Source of the DNA: Eledone cirrhosa
Taxonomy: Eukaryota
Reading direction: 5' to 3'
Length of the DNA: 64,000 nucleotides
Assembly (NCBI GenBank): GCA_964016885.1
Contig: OZ024743.1
Location: 276,458,001 to 276,522,000 of the forward strand
Shown: in pieces, positions 25,626 through 38,800 of the stretch
Layout: each line of letters opens with the position of its first letter
Position numbering within the stretch: position 1 is the first letter of the stretch
Made by a program: the position numbers and the translations under genes
The notes under the pieces: generated by a model
Seen by the model: only the letters and a program-made list of their open reading frames with translations
Told to the model about the DNA's origin: nothing
The model's database searches: none

Positions 25626-25860
25626 GAAGAGGATGTGGGGAAGGGAGCGAAGGAAAGAATTTGTGTTAAAGTTTTGAGGGCTGTCTTGAGATCTAATGTG
25701 GTATAAACAGAGAACGAGGAGGTAGGGACAGATATCTAGGAAGAAAGAGAGGGGGAGAGAGGAAGAGGGGAGAAAGGGAGATGGAGAGAAATAGATGGAG
25801 AGAAAGAGAGAAAATGTATTAGTAGTTCGGAATATGTTTTTAGAGTAAGAATGGGTTGTC

Positions 25861-26276
25861 TGGATTGGCAGTATCGGTAGAGGGTCGGACGCCATGCTTT
25901 CCAGCATAGTTACGTCCCTTTACGATCTGAGTTCAAATCCTGCCTAGGTTGACTTTGCCTTTCATCCTTACGGGGTCGATAAAATAAAGTACCAGTAATG
26001 CACTGAGTAATTGCTGGCCTTGTGCCTAAAGTAGAAACAATTATTTTAAAGAAAGGGCGGTGTTTTGGTAGTATCGGTAGAGGGTCGGACGCCATGCTTT
26101 GACGCATTGAGTTACGGCCCTTGCCATTCTGAGTTCAAATCCCGCCAAGGTTAACTTTGCCTTTCATCCTTACGGGGTCGATAAAATAAAGTACCAGTCA
26201 CGCACTGGGGTCGATTTAATCGACTTCCCCCGCCCCCAAAATTGCTGGTCTTGTGCCTATATAAGAAACCATTATT
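25861..26276 (+). mobile_element. Two tandem tRNA-derived SINEs (25861-26046, ~26065-26276)
   Basis: A/B boxes, core and tails as in the other copies. Confidence 0.9.
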
Positions 26277-26393
26277 AAAAAAAAAAGAATATACGAGATA
26301 GAAAGAGAGAAAGAGAGAAGGAGCAACCCCACAGAGACTTCTTCTCTGAGAGCGTGAAGGAGAGAATAAGAGGTATGTATATAAGTATGTTTA

Positions 26394-26682
26394 GGCGATG
26401 AATTAGCAGAGTCGTTAGAACGTCGGATAGAATGCTTTGTAGTATTTATTCCGACTCTCTACTCTCTGAGTTCAAATCCTGTCGAGGTCAACCTTGCATT
26501 TCATCCATTCGAGGTCGATAAAAAAATATACCAGTCTAGTACTGAGGCAGATTCTTCCTTTATATCTCACTTTCATTTTCTCATTCTATTTCCTTCTATG
26601 GAATAAATCTGGTGTATTCCGCCAGGTTTTAAATGTCCTAAAACCGCCGTATTTCAATACATTGCCTCCACGCATATATATA

Positions 26683-26729
<47 letters not shown>

Positions 26730-26975
26730 ACATACTGAGTTCAAATCCTGCCGAGGTCATCTTTGCCGTTCATCCATTCGAAGTTGGTAAAGAAACAAAA
26801 AACAGTCTAGTACTGAGGCAGATTCTTCCTCTATATCTCTTTCTCACTTCCATTCTCTCACTCTTTATCCTTCTCTGGAAGAAACCTGCTGTATTCAAAC
26901 CAGGAGAGGAGATGGGTTCTATCAAATTTAAAATAAAAAATGCCATAGAAATGCTGTGTCTCAATACGGCGTTCC
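26394..26975 (+). mobile_element. Second SINE subfamily with extended 3' region, partially duplicated across a (TA)n tract
   Basis: gagttcaaatcctg.cgaggtca..ttcatccattcga..cagtctagtactgaggcagattcttcct occurs at ~26468 and ~26737. Confidence 0.7.
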
Positions 26976-27274
26976 TACGACTCCCTCGGAAGTTGCAGGA
27001 CCATGCATGTATTGATGTATGTTTGCAAGTGATTTTTAAAAGGGATAAATGAACTTACTCAAGTTTCAACAATGAGTGTTTCAGTTCGATCGATCAACAG
27101 AACGGCATACTTGTTAAATGACCGTATATATGTGGTACATTATTTTACTGATCTCAGAAGGATGTCAGTTGAGCTTAGTGTGCTTTGTGAATGCCTCAAG
27201 CAATTCGATTGGTATCTGCTCTACTGCGGCTAAAACTACGATTTATACCTATTATGTATAATAGGTATAAATCG

Positions 27275-27395
27275 GTGGATTGGCAGTATCGGTAGAGCGT
27301 TAAACATGCTTTACGACATGTAGTTCGCTCCCTTTACGTTCTGAGTTCAAATCCCACCGAGATTAGCTTTGCCTTTCATCTGCACGGGGTCGAAA
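27275..27395 (+). mobile_element. 3'-truncated SINE
   Basis: GGATTGGCAGTATCGGTAGAG head, B-box, core, cut at a TA tract. Confidence 0.85.
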
Positions 27396-27704
27396 ATATA
27401 TATATAAAGATAAGCAGGATCGATGCTGCAACATTGACTTCGATCCTGCTTACTTTTATTTACACTCTGCACATTACAACCGCCTTAACTCTGTAATATA
27501 TCCCACAGCGAACAGTCTGTAACTATGGTTACACACCTAATATATATATATTAACTCGTCTCATGGACTGAGTGCTCTACCACTATGGATATTACCTTCC
27601 AGTGTTCTACCTCTCTCTCTCTCTCTCTACATATCTATATTATATAATAGAAAAAAAACGAGGAAGTTTCGTTTACATATGAAAAATATTTATTGCGTAT
27701 CGAT

Positions 27705-27792
27705 CTGTTACGCGCGTTTCGCAGAGGACTGGCTCAAGGTGACCCATAGAAGTTATGTACCCGACTCCACTATCGATCTGTTCGTAAGACTG
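27705..27792 (-). ncRNA. Degenerate hammerhead-like motif with long stem II
   Basis: Minus strand CAGU-CUUACGA-ACAGA...UCUGC-GAAA-CGCGCG-UA-ACAG, then AATAAA; core G5 mutated. Confidence 0.5.
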
Positions 27793-27871
27793 GTGATGTG
27801 ACAAAAGATATAATTTTTGTAACGCGACACAGTCCTTCCGTTGAGTTTATATATATATACATATATATATA

Positions 27872-27916
<45 letters not shown>

Positions 27917-28031
27917 TTATTATATTTTTTGTCTTTATTTGTTAATTTTTCATTCGCACCGTTTCCTTTCGCTATATGTCTCTCCACCACTCCCCTACAC
28001 ACCTTTTGAACTCTGTTCCCACACACTTCTC

Positions 28032-28063
28032 ACCTGAAGAAGGGCTTATGCCCGAAACGTCGT
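28032..28063 (+). ncRNA. Minimal PLE-type hammerhead motif
   Basis: AC-CUGAAGA-A-GGGC UUAU GCCC-GAAA-CGUC-GU; AATAAA ~40 nt downstream; stem I only 2 bp. Confidence 0.65.
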
Positions 28064-28149
28064 CCCCCACCTACCCCCCACTCCCCTGAGCGTGAATTTA
28101 ATAAACATTTATTGTACTGCCTCTCTGTTCTGTCCCTGTTCAATTTTTC

Positions 28150-28201
<52 letters not shown>

Positions 28202-29368
28202 ACTCAACGGAAGGACTGTGTCGCGCTACAGATGGTTAATATCAAAACTGCAACAGATACAGCGAACAGAAGTACAGAAGCAGACGAATAAGGGACAGGA
28301 TGGATACATAAGGCGACCCAAAAAGGAACAGGACAAACAACTCCGTAGTTATCAACGGTCGAAATGGATTTAACCATCAACAACAGTTTTAACCATCAAC
28401 AACCTTTTCAATTTATTCGGGGCTACAGTGTCTAACACGATAATTAAATACTCCCCTAAGGAATTTTAAAGGACGAGGAACGTGGCGAAAATATACACGA
28501 GTTTTCCTATCGTCCCTCGTCCTTTATTATGATGATGATAGATCCTCCGTCGATTTCACGATGAATGTTTAAAAAAAGAGACTGACGTAAACAGATAAGA
28601 GAAAGTGATAGAAAGATTGAGAGAAGAAACAGTAGGAATACTGAGAGTTACAAAATCAAGTGAAAGGAAGGGATTGGAAGAGCATATAAATGAGAGAGGG
28701 AGCGAGTAGGAGATGGAAAGCTGTGTGGGATTATATATATGTATGTATATATAAATATATATATATGCACACACACATATGTATATATGTATATAATCTA
28801 AATGAGAGTGGCAGAGAAAAAGCTCCAGAAAAATACAAACATATATAGAGAGAGAGATAGAGGGAGAGAGAAGAGAGAGGACGTACATACAGAAGAGAGA
28901 AACACAGAAGAAATAAAGAAAACAGAGAGAGAGAGTGTGAGAGAGAGAGAGAGAGAAAGAGGGAGAAAGAGGGAGAAAGAGAGAGAAAGAGAGAAAAAGA
29001 GAGAGAAAGAGAGAGAAAGAGAGAGAAAGAGAGAGTGAGGATGAGAGATATTAAGAGGGAGTTAAAAGTAAATTAAATTTGACAAATATTAGAAAATCTT
29101 ATTAAAGACGCACAACAAGAGTCGATAGCATTCTGTGAAGAACATGCTTCTACGGGGTGGCACCCGCCTCATACTTTGGCGAAGAGCTTGCTGCACATGG
29201 GTAATCTTTCCGATAAGCTACGCCACCACCACCACAATCTTCTTACTTCTCTACTGTCTCTCTTATCTACCATTCTCTCATTCTCTTTTGGAACTAATTA
29301 TAATGATAAAGAGCATTGAAACGATATTCCGAAACCAGTCAAATAGAATTAGTCATAATCTAGTAATA

Positions 29369-29407
<39 letters not shown>

Positions 29408-29422
29408 GCTGTGTGTGTGTAC

Positions 29423-29509
<87 letters not shown>

Positions 29510-29512
29510 TAA

Positions 29513-29547
<35 letters not shown>

Positions 29548-29564
29548 GCTGTGTGTGTGTACAC

Positions 29565-29645
<81 letters not shown>

Positions 29646-29668
29646 TATATATATATGCATACACAGAT

Positions 29669-29713
<45 letters not shown>

Positions 29714-29876
29714 CACACATATTTATTCACATGTTGCGCTGTTCTTTGGCTTACAGTTTATATGTTATGTTGCGTATGTATGAATTTGATGCATCAGTGT
29801 ATATGTGTGCATAAATGTGTATACATGTATACATACACACATAAACATACACACACACACACACATATATACATAT

Positions 29877-29917
<41 letters not shown>

Positions 29918-30032
29918 GACACATATACATATATATGCACACGTACATACAAATTAAAATAAATACATCTTCCGTCGATTTTGACGATGATTAATCCTAG
30001 TTGTTGATTAACTGTGCTGCCTATTCATAGTA

Positions 30033-30200
30033 TAATTGTTTCTACTTTAGGCACAAGGCCAGCAATTACTCAGTGCATTACTGGTACTTTATTTTATCGA
30101 CCCCGTAAGGATGAAAGGCGGGATTTGAACTCAGATCGTAAAGGGACGTAACTATGCTGGAAAGCATGGCGTCTGACCCTCTACCGATACTGCCAATCCA
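30033..30200 (-). mobile_element. tRNA-derived SINE with a small internal deletion
   Basis: Reverse complement of the 25861-26046 type. Confidence 0.88.
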
Positions 30201-30719
30201 CTGCCTGAATATGCTACAGGAACTTATACTCTTAAAATAATGAATGGTGAGGCAGAACTAGCGTGACACAGTGTGCGACAAAGCTTGTCCTATGAAATAG
30301 TGGTACCGTCCATCCGCCAGACTTAGTATTTCAGACTACCCCTTTTCCCTCAACCAGATGGGAAAACTTGAGGCTATGATAGATTACATTTGCTGAAGAA
30401 TCCTGGATTTCATAATAGTGTAGTAAACCCTCTTAACTATTCCGCCATTCATGTACCTACATATATAACCGCTGACGTACACCCCTCCACCACATACATT
30501 TTCTCTCTCACAAACTTGTATATACTCGCACAAACATATACATATAGAAAATAATATACGTATAAACACAATAGAGTGCATCAAACACATGTTATTCGAT
30601 GTATAACTCACAAAAATGATCCGGCGAGAATTTACAAACAACTATATGTATATAGAAAAGTTCGACATACCATCTAAAACAAAATTTTTGTAATATCTGA
30701 CACCTCTTTCACATTTCTC

Positions 30720-31245
30720 TGACATGCAGCGACTCGTGCTCCGCCACCAACTTTATCACTTCGGCCACAAACCCGGGCTTCTCTGCCTGTAATGCAGGAG
30801 AGAGGAACATAGTCGAATACAGGGCTTGACCGACCGCTTCTGCTTTGCCCCAGTCTCCGCCGAAACCTCTGGCATCCTCAAGCCCCGCACTGCAGATTTC
30901 CTCCGTAAGGTCGGAAAAACGACGGCTCGCTTGAGGAGGTGAATAAATCATCAAGGATTTTATCTATGAGAAATAAAACAAACATGAATTCAACATGGTA
31001 CATTGAAATTCCCCACAATCAAAATGCCGGACATTAGCTGACCGATTCGTTTTTGTGCCAGCCGCTATTAACAATTCCGCTGACCCCATTTCTCGGCCTG
31101 CCGGTTTCATCTGCCAAATTGAGAAGGGTTATCACATCCGAGGAAGGTGCACACGAGATAGAACGGTGGCTATTCTCCGCGCCAATTCTTTCACCATCTT
31201 TGAGATATGCCACCCAGCCAAGTGTGCAGTTAGGGGCCACCATTT
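30720..31245 (-). mobile_element. Decayed LINE apurinic-like (APE) endonuclease region
   Basis: In different frames but in the correct order: SISCAPSSD (YRPPSS-like), GILIVGNFNVP (GDFN motif), ASRRFSDL, VFDYVPLS (LDYV-like), GRSDK (SDH-like). Confidence 0.55.
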
Positions 31246-31522
31246 TCTCTCTTTTTTCCCTCCCCCCATTATTATATTATAAATATATTTAAATTAGAAA
31301 TATAGAATAGACCGAGAGAGGACACCACAGCTTGAGGTCCACTATTCTTCTTCTTTTTTTTTTTGTCTTCTTTCGTCCTTCTATCTGTTGTTTATTTTAT
31401 CACACACACATAACAACAGAAACATGATTTTTTCTGTTGCACAATCCTGCATTTTAAAATGGTACTGCCAATTAAATTGTGTGAAACCATTTTGCTGATT
31501 TGAGAGCTGATGAGGGTGAAGA

Positions 31523-31586
<64 letters not shown>

Positions 31587-31841
31587 TGAACTTGTCTTAT
31601 ACATCACTTTGCTTTATTTCCAACTTCTGGTCACTTCTGTGCGCACTTCTTGTCCTCCTCCTCTCTTGGCCGTTTCTATATTTCATCTATCTGTCAACCA
31701 CCTCGTGGGTTGTCTCTCTGCCACCTCTGGCCGCTGGTCTCCGTCCTCTGAGGCATGTTTGCCCATCATTATCATTGACAGCATTTGGCTGTATTAACAG
31801 CTGTTCCAGCGATGAGATTTCTCATTTTTCTATGAATATAC

Positions 31842-32552
31842 ATCTATCTATCTAAGGCGGGTAAAATTCCCGAGATCCATGGACGAGTTCTCTCCAGCGG
31901 TCTCTGTCCCTCATTATCGCTGCCATGTCCTGCGTCTCCAACAGACCAGTGTCTGTCCTTAGGGCATCAACATACGTTAACCTTGGTCTTCCTCTTCTAG
32001 TGTGTCCATGTAGGGGTTCCCAAAGGAGCACTGAGTGCAATGTCAACTCTGGATGTCGGTGAGCATGTCCAGCTAACCTCAGTCTCCTCTGTGTCACTTT
32101 TGAGCTGACTTTTGGGATGCTCCCATACAGCTCTGAGTTTTTCATCCTCAGTGTATACTGATTAATGTTCAGAGCCATCCTCAGCATTCTCGTGTAGCAC
32201 CCATCCACCATCTGAGTGAGTTTCTTGGTCAGTGTCCAAGTCTCAGACCCATACAGCAGCACAGACTCCACAACAGCAATGAAGAGGTAGATTTTCAGGT
32301 CTTTACGAAGGTCCCACTTCTACACCGATCTCAAGCTGTGGCACGCCGCCCAGACTTTGCTCTTCCTCTCAACCACATCATCTTCCGTATTCCCAATCTT
32401 TGCACCCAAATAAAGGAAGTCCTCAACCAATTCTAGCGGCTTCCCGCCTACATTAGTGATCCCCTCTGGCTTCTCAACATTCTCCACCAGATATTTTGTT
32501 TTAGTCTCATTCATTCTCAGCCCCACACTCATCGACACAGTCTCAACCTCCC
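31842..32552 (-). mobile_element. 5'-truncated RTE-clade LINE (RT C-terminus) with a (TAGA)n tail
   Basis: GLRMNETKTKYL, LELVEDFLYLG, ESVLLYGSETW, RRLRLAGH, RGRPRLTY; one TGG>TAG stop at 32320-32322. Confidence 0.92.
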
Positions 32553-32572
32553 GGGAGGTTGAGACTGTGTCG

Positions 32573-32604
<32 letters not shown>

Positions 32605-32695
32605 GGAGATACCTCCCCACCACCACATATATATGTGTTAAGTATTTCAGTGGAAAAGGAAAGAAGAGAACTCTATATATTGTACAGAGCTATTT

Positions 32696-32902
32696 AATTA
32701 CATAATAAACAACACAATATAATTATTTCGTATCCGAAGGTTTCGAGAAACTAGACGATCCTTACAGAAACATCTAGCTCGTCCGTCAGACAAAACAATT
32801 ATGTTTTGGATATAAATTTTGAAAATTTATGTTTGGATGTTTCTGCAAGAATTAACTAGTTTCTAGAAACCTTCGGTAATGAAATAATTATATTCTGTTA
32901 TG

Positions 32903-32909
<7 letters not shown>
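32696..32909. repeat. Imperfect inverted repeat of hammerhead-like pLTR fragments, same family as 12243-12440
   Basis: Shared ataataaacaacacaa.ataatta.ttc end; CUGACGG..stem..GAAA-CCUUCGG-(UA) remnants. Confidence 0.6.
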
Positions 32910-32954
<45 letters not shown>

Positions 32955-33017
32955 TCTAATATAGAAAAGGCTTCTACAGGACTAGAACTATTTCATTCGG
33001 GAGAAATCATAGTAATA

Positions 33018-33160
33018 CTGCTGAGTTAATTCGGATCTAGCTGTCGAAACGACCGGAGGTCAGCCATCGAGGTCCTAACTCTTTTCATATTACCCACTCT
33101 ACTGCACCAAGTATCGAGTACTCTGGTGGGTTATGGTCCAGCTGGTATTTTACCACACCC
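33018..33160 (+). mobile_element. Third, non-palindromic copy of the 8048-8240 element
   Basis: tagctgtcgaaacg..tcagccatcgaggtccta..tattacccactctactgcaccaagtatcgagtactctggtgggttatggtcca. Confidence 0.7.
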
Positions 33161-33173
33161 TATCTGATACACA

Positions 33174-33235
<62 letters not shown>

Positions 33236-33604
33236 CATACATATTTCCACTCATAAACACTAATAGTGCGATAGTCAGACATAAATATGCAGTTTGTTGT
33301 ATAAATAAACACATAGATAGATAAATATCAATATTATTCTGCTATTGGATTTCGAATTGTTATTGAAGAATTCTATTTAATTAAGACAGAAATTAATTAA
33401 CCATTTATTTGGACAACGCTTCTGATGAGCTTTTAATGTATAACAAATAGACAAACAGGCCCCCTTTTAAGTATCTCATCCCTCCCTATGTTTGACTCTC
33501 AGTCTCAACGTCTGACCCTTTATGTCTTGATTCCAAGATTCCAGTTGATACACACCCACGCATACACATACACACCCACGCACACACATACACACACCCA
33601 CGCA

Positions 33605-33648
<44 letters not shown>

Positions 33649-33683
33649 TACATATACACACACACACACACACATATATATGT

Positions 33684-33900
33684 TTTTGGGACATCCAATG
33701 TTTCCGACGACGGATACACCAGTTGTTCGATCAAGGGAACAGTTTTCTTGCGAAATGACTATGTAAGTGGCTGAGCATTCCACAGACACGACTACCTATA
33801 ACGTAATCCCTTGAGTTATTCAGCGTGACAGTGTGCGACAGGTCCGGTTCTTGGAATTATAAGTGAAACCCACAGCTGAATCGACGCGGACAACGTGAAA
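33684..33900. mobile_element. Diverged interspersed repeat (SINE-like), with remnants at ~27070-27130 and ~30205-30300
   Basis: Shared cgatcaa..gaac.g and agcgtgaca..gtgtgcgaca segments. Confidence 0.5.
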
Positions 33901-33963
33901 TAAACTTTCATTTATATATATATATATATATATATACAGTATATATAAATATATATATATACA

Positions 33964-34018
<55 letters not shown>

Positions 34019-34021
<3 letters not shown>

Positions 34022-34400
34022 CCCGAATTACCCGCGCCTTGCTGCATTTCACACATTTTTTTGTAAGAAAATGATGATTGAGTTTAAATCAGTGATATCA
34101 TTTATTGAGAAAAACTCCACTAGGGTGTATTAATATTATTGAAATTTGCTGAAATATTGTGAATAGGCATCATATCTTGTCATTTACCTATGGTTTAAAT
34201 TTCATATAAATCGAAGGGAAACAATTTTCAGCGGGCGTTTGTACCCCCGGGGAAATATACTTATCCAAGTACCCTGGGCAATGTAGTTTCAGAATATATA
34301 TGGTTATGGGGGAGGGGAATCTATCTCCAAACAATAGGAGGAGTTCGTGAACAAACAAACAGACAAAGAGACAGGAACTACAACTTTTACATACATATAC
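34019..34400 (-). mobile_element. Non-autonomous Helitron-like element (degenerate)
   Basis: Minus strand begins TA-rich-TAAAAGTTG..(TTTG)n and ends with GC-rich gcagcaaggcgcgggta; canonical TC/CTAG ends eroded. Confidence 0.45.
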
Positions 34401-34616
34401 ATATATATATACATATATATATTATATATATACATACATACATACATACATATATATATATATATAAGGGTTAAAATACTGGAGTGTGTTGGAGTTAAAC
34501 ACCCTCTTCGTATTATAGAAATGACAGTAAAAGGTATAGCTCAATGTAGTTAAACAGAGCCGAAAAATTAAGAGAGTAAAACAAAGAAGCCTTCAATACA
34601 TCAAAAGTCTTTATTA

Positions 34617-34654
34617 GCCGACAATGTTTCGTCCTATTAAGGACTCATCAGGGC
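34617..34654 (-). ncRNA. Canonical minimal type I hammerhead ribozyme
   Basis: GCC-CUGAUGA-GUCC UUAAUA GGAC-GAAA-CAUUG-UC-GGC, followed 1 nt later by AAUAAA; predicted cleavage between 34620 and 34619. Confidence 0.85.
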
Positions 34655-35025
34655 AATTAAAACAACAAGAAGTAATATCGGCAGATACAAGCCGGAAGCT
34701 CCGAAGAATATGGAGTGTACATACACTGAAGTATTACAAAAATATATAATAAAAATATATGATAAAAATTACTGAGGATGTATATAACATTAATAACCAT
34801 ATTACAAATATAGTCCAAAGCAAAAACTAGAGCTAAACAAAGGTGGTTATATAGAGCAGGAATTTTATATAATACAATGTAATATACTATAATATACCTT
34901 TACCAACATTAAAATTACAATAAAAATCAAAAGATACAATATGCATATGTATATATGTGCGCACACGTACACACACATACACATACAACAATATATATAT
35001 ATATATACATACACTATATATATAT

Positions 35026-35109
<84 letters not shown>

Positions 35110-35158
35110 GTGTGTGTATATGTATGTGTGTACGTATACACACACACACACACACACA

Positions 35159-35223
<65 letters not shown>

Positions 35224-35240
35224 ATATGTATGTGTGTACG

Positions 35241-35355
<115 letters not shown>

Positions 35356-35850
35356 ATGTATGTATATATGAATGAGTATTTAATATACCATAGTATTTAA
35401 AACATTCAAACATTAAATGAATGAGATCTCAATACGTGTAAATAGAGTGTAAATTATATTTTCTGAGGATAAGAAGTGGTAGTGACATCAAAGTTTCAGC
35501 TTGGTTACTTTATTTGGCTAGCTGATGAAGCATTGTATATATTGTATATATATAATATCGTGTAGCTAAAATACAAACATGCCAAAGCAATAGCAGTAAC
35601 AATAATTAATTGTATCAAAAGCAATGACAACAGCTCTGGTTGAAACAACACTAATTACACCACCACTACCACCACCACCAACACCACCACCACAACCACC
35701 AACAACAACCACACAAACAACACTACAAAGAGCACTGTCACTAGCTACTACGTAACCAAGTACAACAACCATCACCACCATCATCACCTGCCTTCCCCCA
35801 CTACCATCTCCATCAATAACAACGATAATATGAACTACACAAAGAACATC

Positions 35851-38800
35851 TCCAGAAGTTGCTAGAAGAAGCAACGCTAACACCACAAACAACATCACCA
35901 GCAGTTGCTAGAAGAAGCAACGCTAACACCACAAACAACACCACCAGCAGTTGCTAGAAGAAGCAACAATAACACCACAAAAAAAACATCGCCAGCAGTT
36001 GCTAGAAGAAACAACACTAACACCACAAACAACACCACCAGCAGTTGCGGGAAGAAGCAACGCTAACACCACAAACAACACCACCAGCAGTTGCTAGAAG
36101 AAGCAACAATAACACCACAAAAAAAACATCGCCAGCAGTTGCTAGAAGAAACAACACTAACACCACAAACAACATCGCCAGCAGTTGCTAGAAGAAACAA
36201 CACTAACACCACAAACAACACCACCAGCAGTTGCTAGAAGAAGCAACACTAACACCACAAACAACATCGCCAGCAGTTGCTAGAAGAAACAACACTAACA
36301 CCACAAACAACATCACCAGCAGTTGCTAGAAGAAGCAACACTAACACCACAAACAACACCACCAGCAGTTGCTAGAAGAAGCAACACTAACACCACAAAC
36401 AACACCACCAGCAGTTGCTAGAAGAAGCAATACTAACACCATAAATAACACCACCAGCAGTTGCTAGAAGAAGCAACACTAACACCACAAACAACACCAC
36501 CAGCAGTAGCTAGAAGAAGCAATACTAACACCATAAACAACACCACCAGCAGTTGCTAGAAGAAGCAACACTAACACCACAAACAACAGCACCAGCAGTT
36601 GCTAGAAGAAGCAACACTAACACCACAAACAACACCACCAGCAGTAGCTAGAAGAAGCAACACTAACACCACAAACAACATCACCAGCAGTTGCTAGAAG
36701 AAGCAACACTAACACCACAAACAACACCACCAGCAGTTGCTAGAAGAATCAACACTAACACCACAAACAACACCACCAGCAGTTGCTAGAAGAAGCAACA
36801 CTAACACCACAAACAACACCACCAGCAGTTGCTAGAAGAAGCAACACTAACACCACAAACAACACCACCAGCAGTTGCTAGAAGAAGCAACACTAACACC
36901 ACAAACAACACCACCAGCAGTTGCTAGAAGAAGGAACACTAACACCACAAACAACACCACCAGCAGTAGCTAAAAGAAGCAACACTAACACCACAAACAA
37001 CACCACCAGCAGTTGCTAGAAGGAGCAACACTAACACCACAAACAACACCACCAGCAGTTGCTAGAAGCAACACTAACACCACAAACAACACCACCAGCA
37101 GTTGATAGAAGAAACAACACTAACACCACAAACAACATCACCAGCAGTTGCTAGAAGAAGCAACACTAACACCACAAACAACACCACCAGCAGTTGCTAG
37201 AAGAAGCAACACTAACACCACAAACAACACCACCAGCAGTAGCTAGAAGAAGCAACACTAACACCACAAACAACACCACCAGCAGTAGCTAGAAGAAGCA
37301 ACACTAACACCACAAACAACATCACCAGCAGTTGCTAAAAGAAGCAACACTAACACCACAAACAACACCACCAGCAGTTGCTAGAAGAAGCAACACTAAC
37401 ACCACAAAAAACACCACCAGCAGTTGCTAGAAGAAGCAGCACTAACACCACAAAAAACACCACCAGCAGTAGCTAGAAGAAGCAACACTAACACCACAAA
37501 CAACATCACCAGCAGTTGCTAGAAGAAGCAACACTAACACCACAAACAACACCACCAGCAGTTGCTAGGAGAAGCCACACTAACACCACAAACAACAGCA
37601 CCAGCAGTTGCTAGAAGAAGCAACACTAACACCACAAACAACACCACCAGCAGTTGCTAGAAGAAGGAACACTAACACCACAAACAACACCACCAGCAGT
37701 AGCTAAAAGAAGCAACACTAACACCACAAACAACACCACCAGCAGTTGCTAGAAGGAGCAACACTAACACCACAAACAACACCACCAGCAGTTGCTAGAA
37801 GAAGCAACACTAACACCACAAACAACACCACCAGCAGTTGCTAGAAGAAGGAACACTAACACCACAAACAACACCACCAGCAGTTGCTAGAAGGAGCAAC
37901 ACTAACGCCACAAACAACACCACCAGCAGTTGCAAGAAGCAACACTAACACCACAAACAACACCACCAGCAGTTGCTAGAAGAAGCAACACTAACACCAC
38001 AAACAACACCACCAGCAGTTGCTAGAAGAAGCAACACTAACACCACAAACAACACCACCAGCAGTAGCTAGAACCAACACTAACACCACAAACAACACCA
38101 CCAGCAGTTGCTAGAAGAAGCAACACTAACACCACAAACAACACCACCAGCAGTTGCTAGGAAAGGAACACTAACACCACAAACAACACCAGCAGCAGTA
38201 GATAGAAGAAGCAACACTAACACCACAAACAACACCACCAGCAGTAGCTAGAAGAAGCAACACTAACACCACAAACAACACCACCAGCAGTAGATAGAAG
38301 AAGCAACACTAACACCACAAACAACACCACCAGCAGTAGCTAGAAGAAGCAACACTAACACCACAAACAACACCATCAGCAGTTGCTAGAAGAAGCAACA
38401 CTAACACCACAAACAACACCACTAGCAGTAGCTAGAAGAAGCAACACTAACACCACAAACAACACCACCAGCAGTTGTTAGAAGAAGCAACACTAACACC
38501 ACAAACAACACCACCAGCAGTTGCTAGAAGCAACACTAACACCACAAACAACACCACCAGCAGTTGCTAGAAGAAACAACACTAACACCACAAACAACAT
38601 CACCAGCAGTTTCTAGATGAAGCAACACTAACACCACAAACAACACCACCAGCAGTTGCTAGAAGAAGCAACACTAACACCACAAACAACACCACCAGCA
38701 GTAGCTAGAAGAAGCAACACTAACACCACAAAAAACACCACCAGCAGTAGCTAGAAGAAGCAACACTAACACCACAAACAACATCACCAGCAGTTGCTAA

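Noticed and set aside
28340-28530. GAAA-UGG..CCA-UC half-hammerhead and a nearby 16-bp inverted repeat
   Set aside because: No CUGANGA core or supporting second copy; too degenerate to call
31620-31830. Old RTE-like remnant (RQPTRW) on the minus strand
   Set aside because: Only a few residues of similarity; insufficient support
33422-33445. CTGATGA as a hammerhead core
   Set aside because: No stem II/GAAA partner downstream
35522-35560. CTGATGA as a hammerhead core
   Set aside because: No GAAA or stem III downstream
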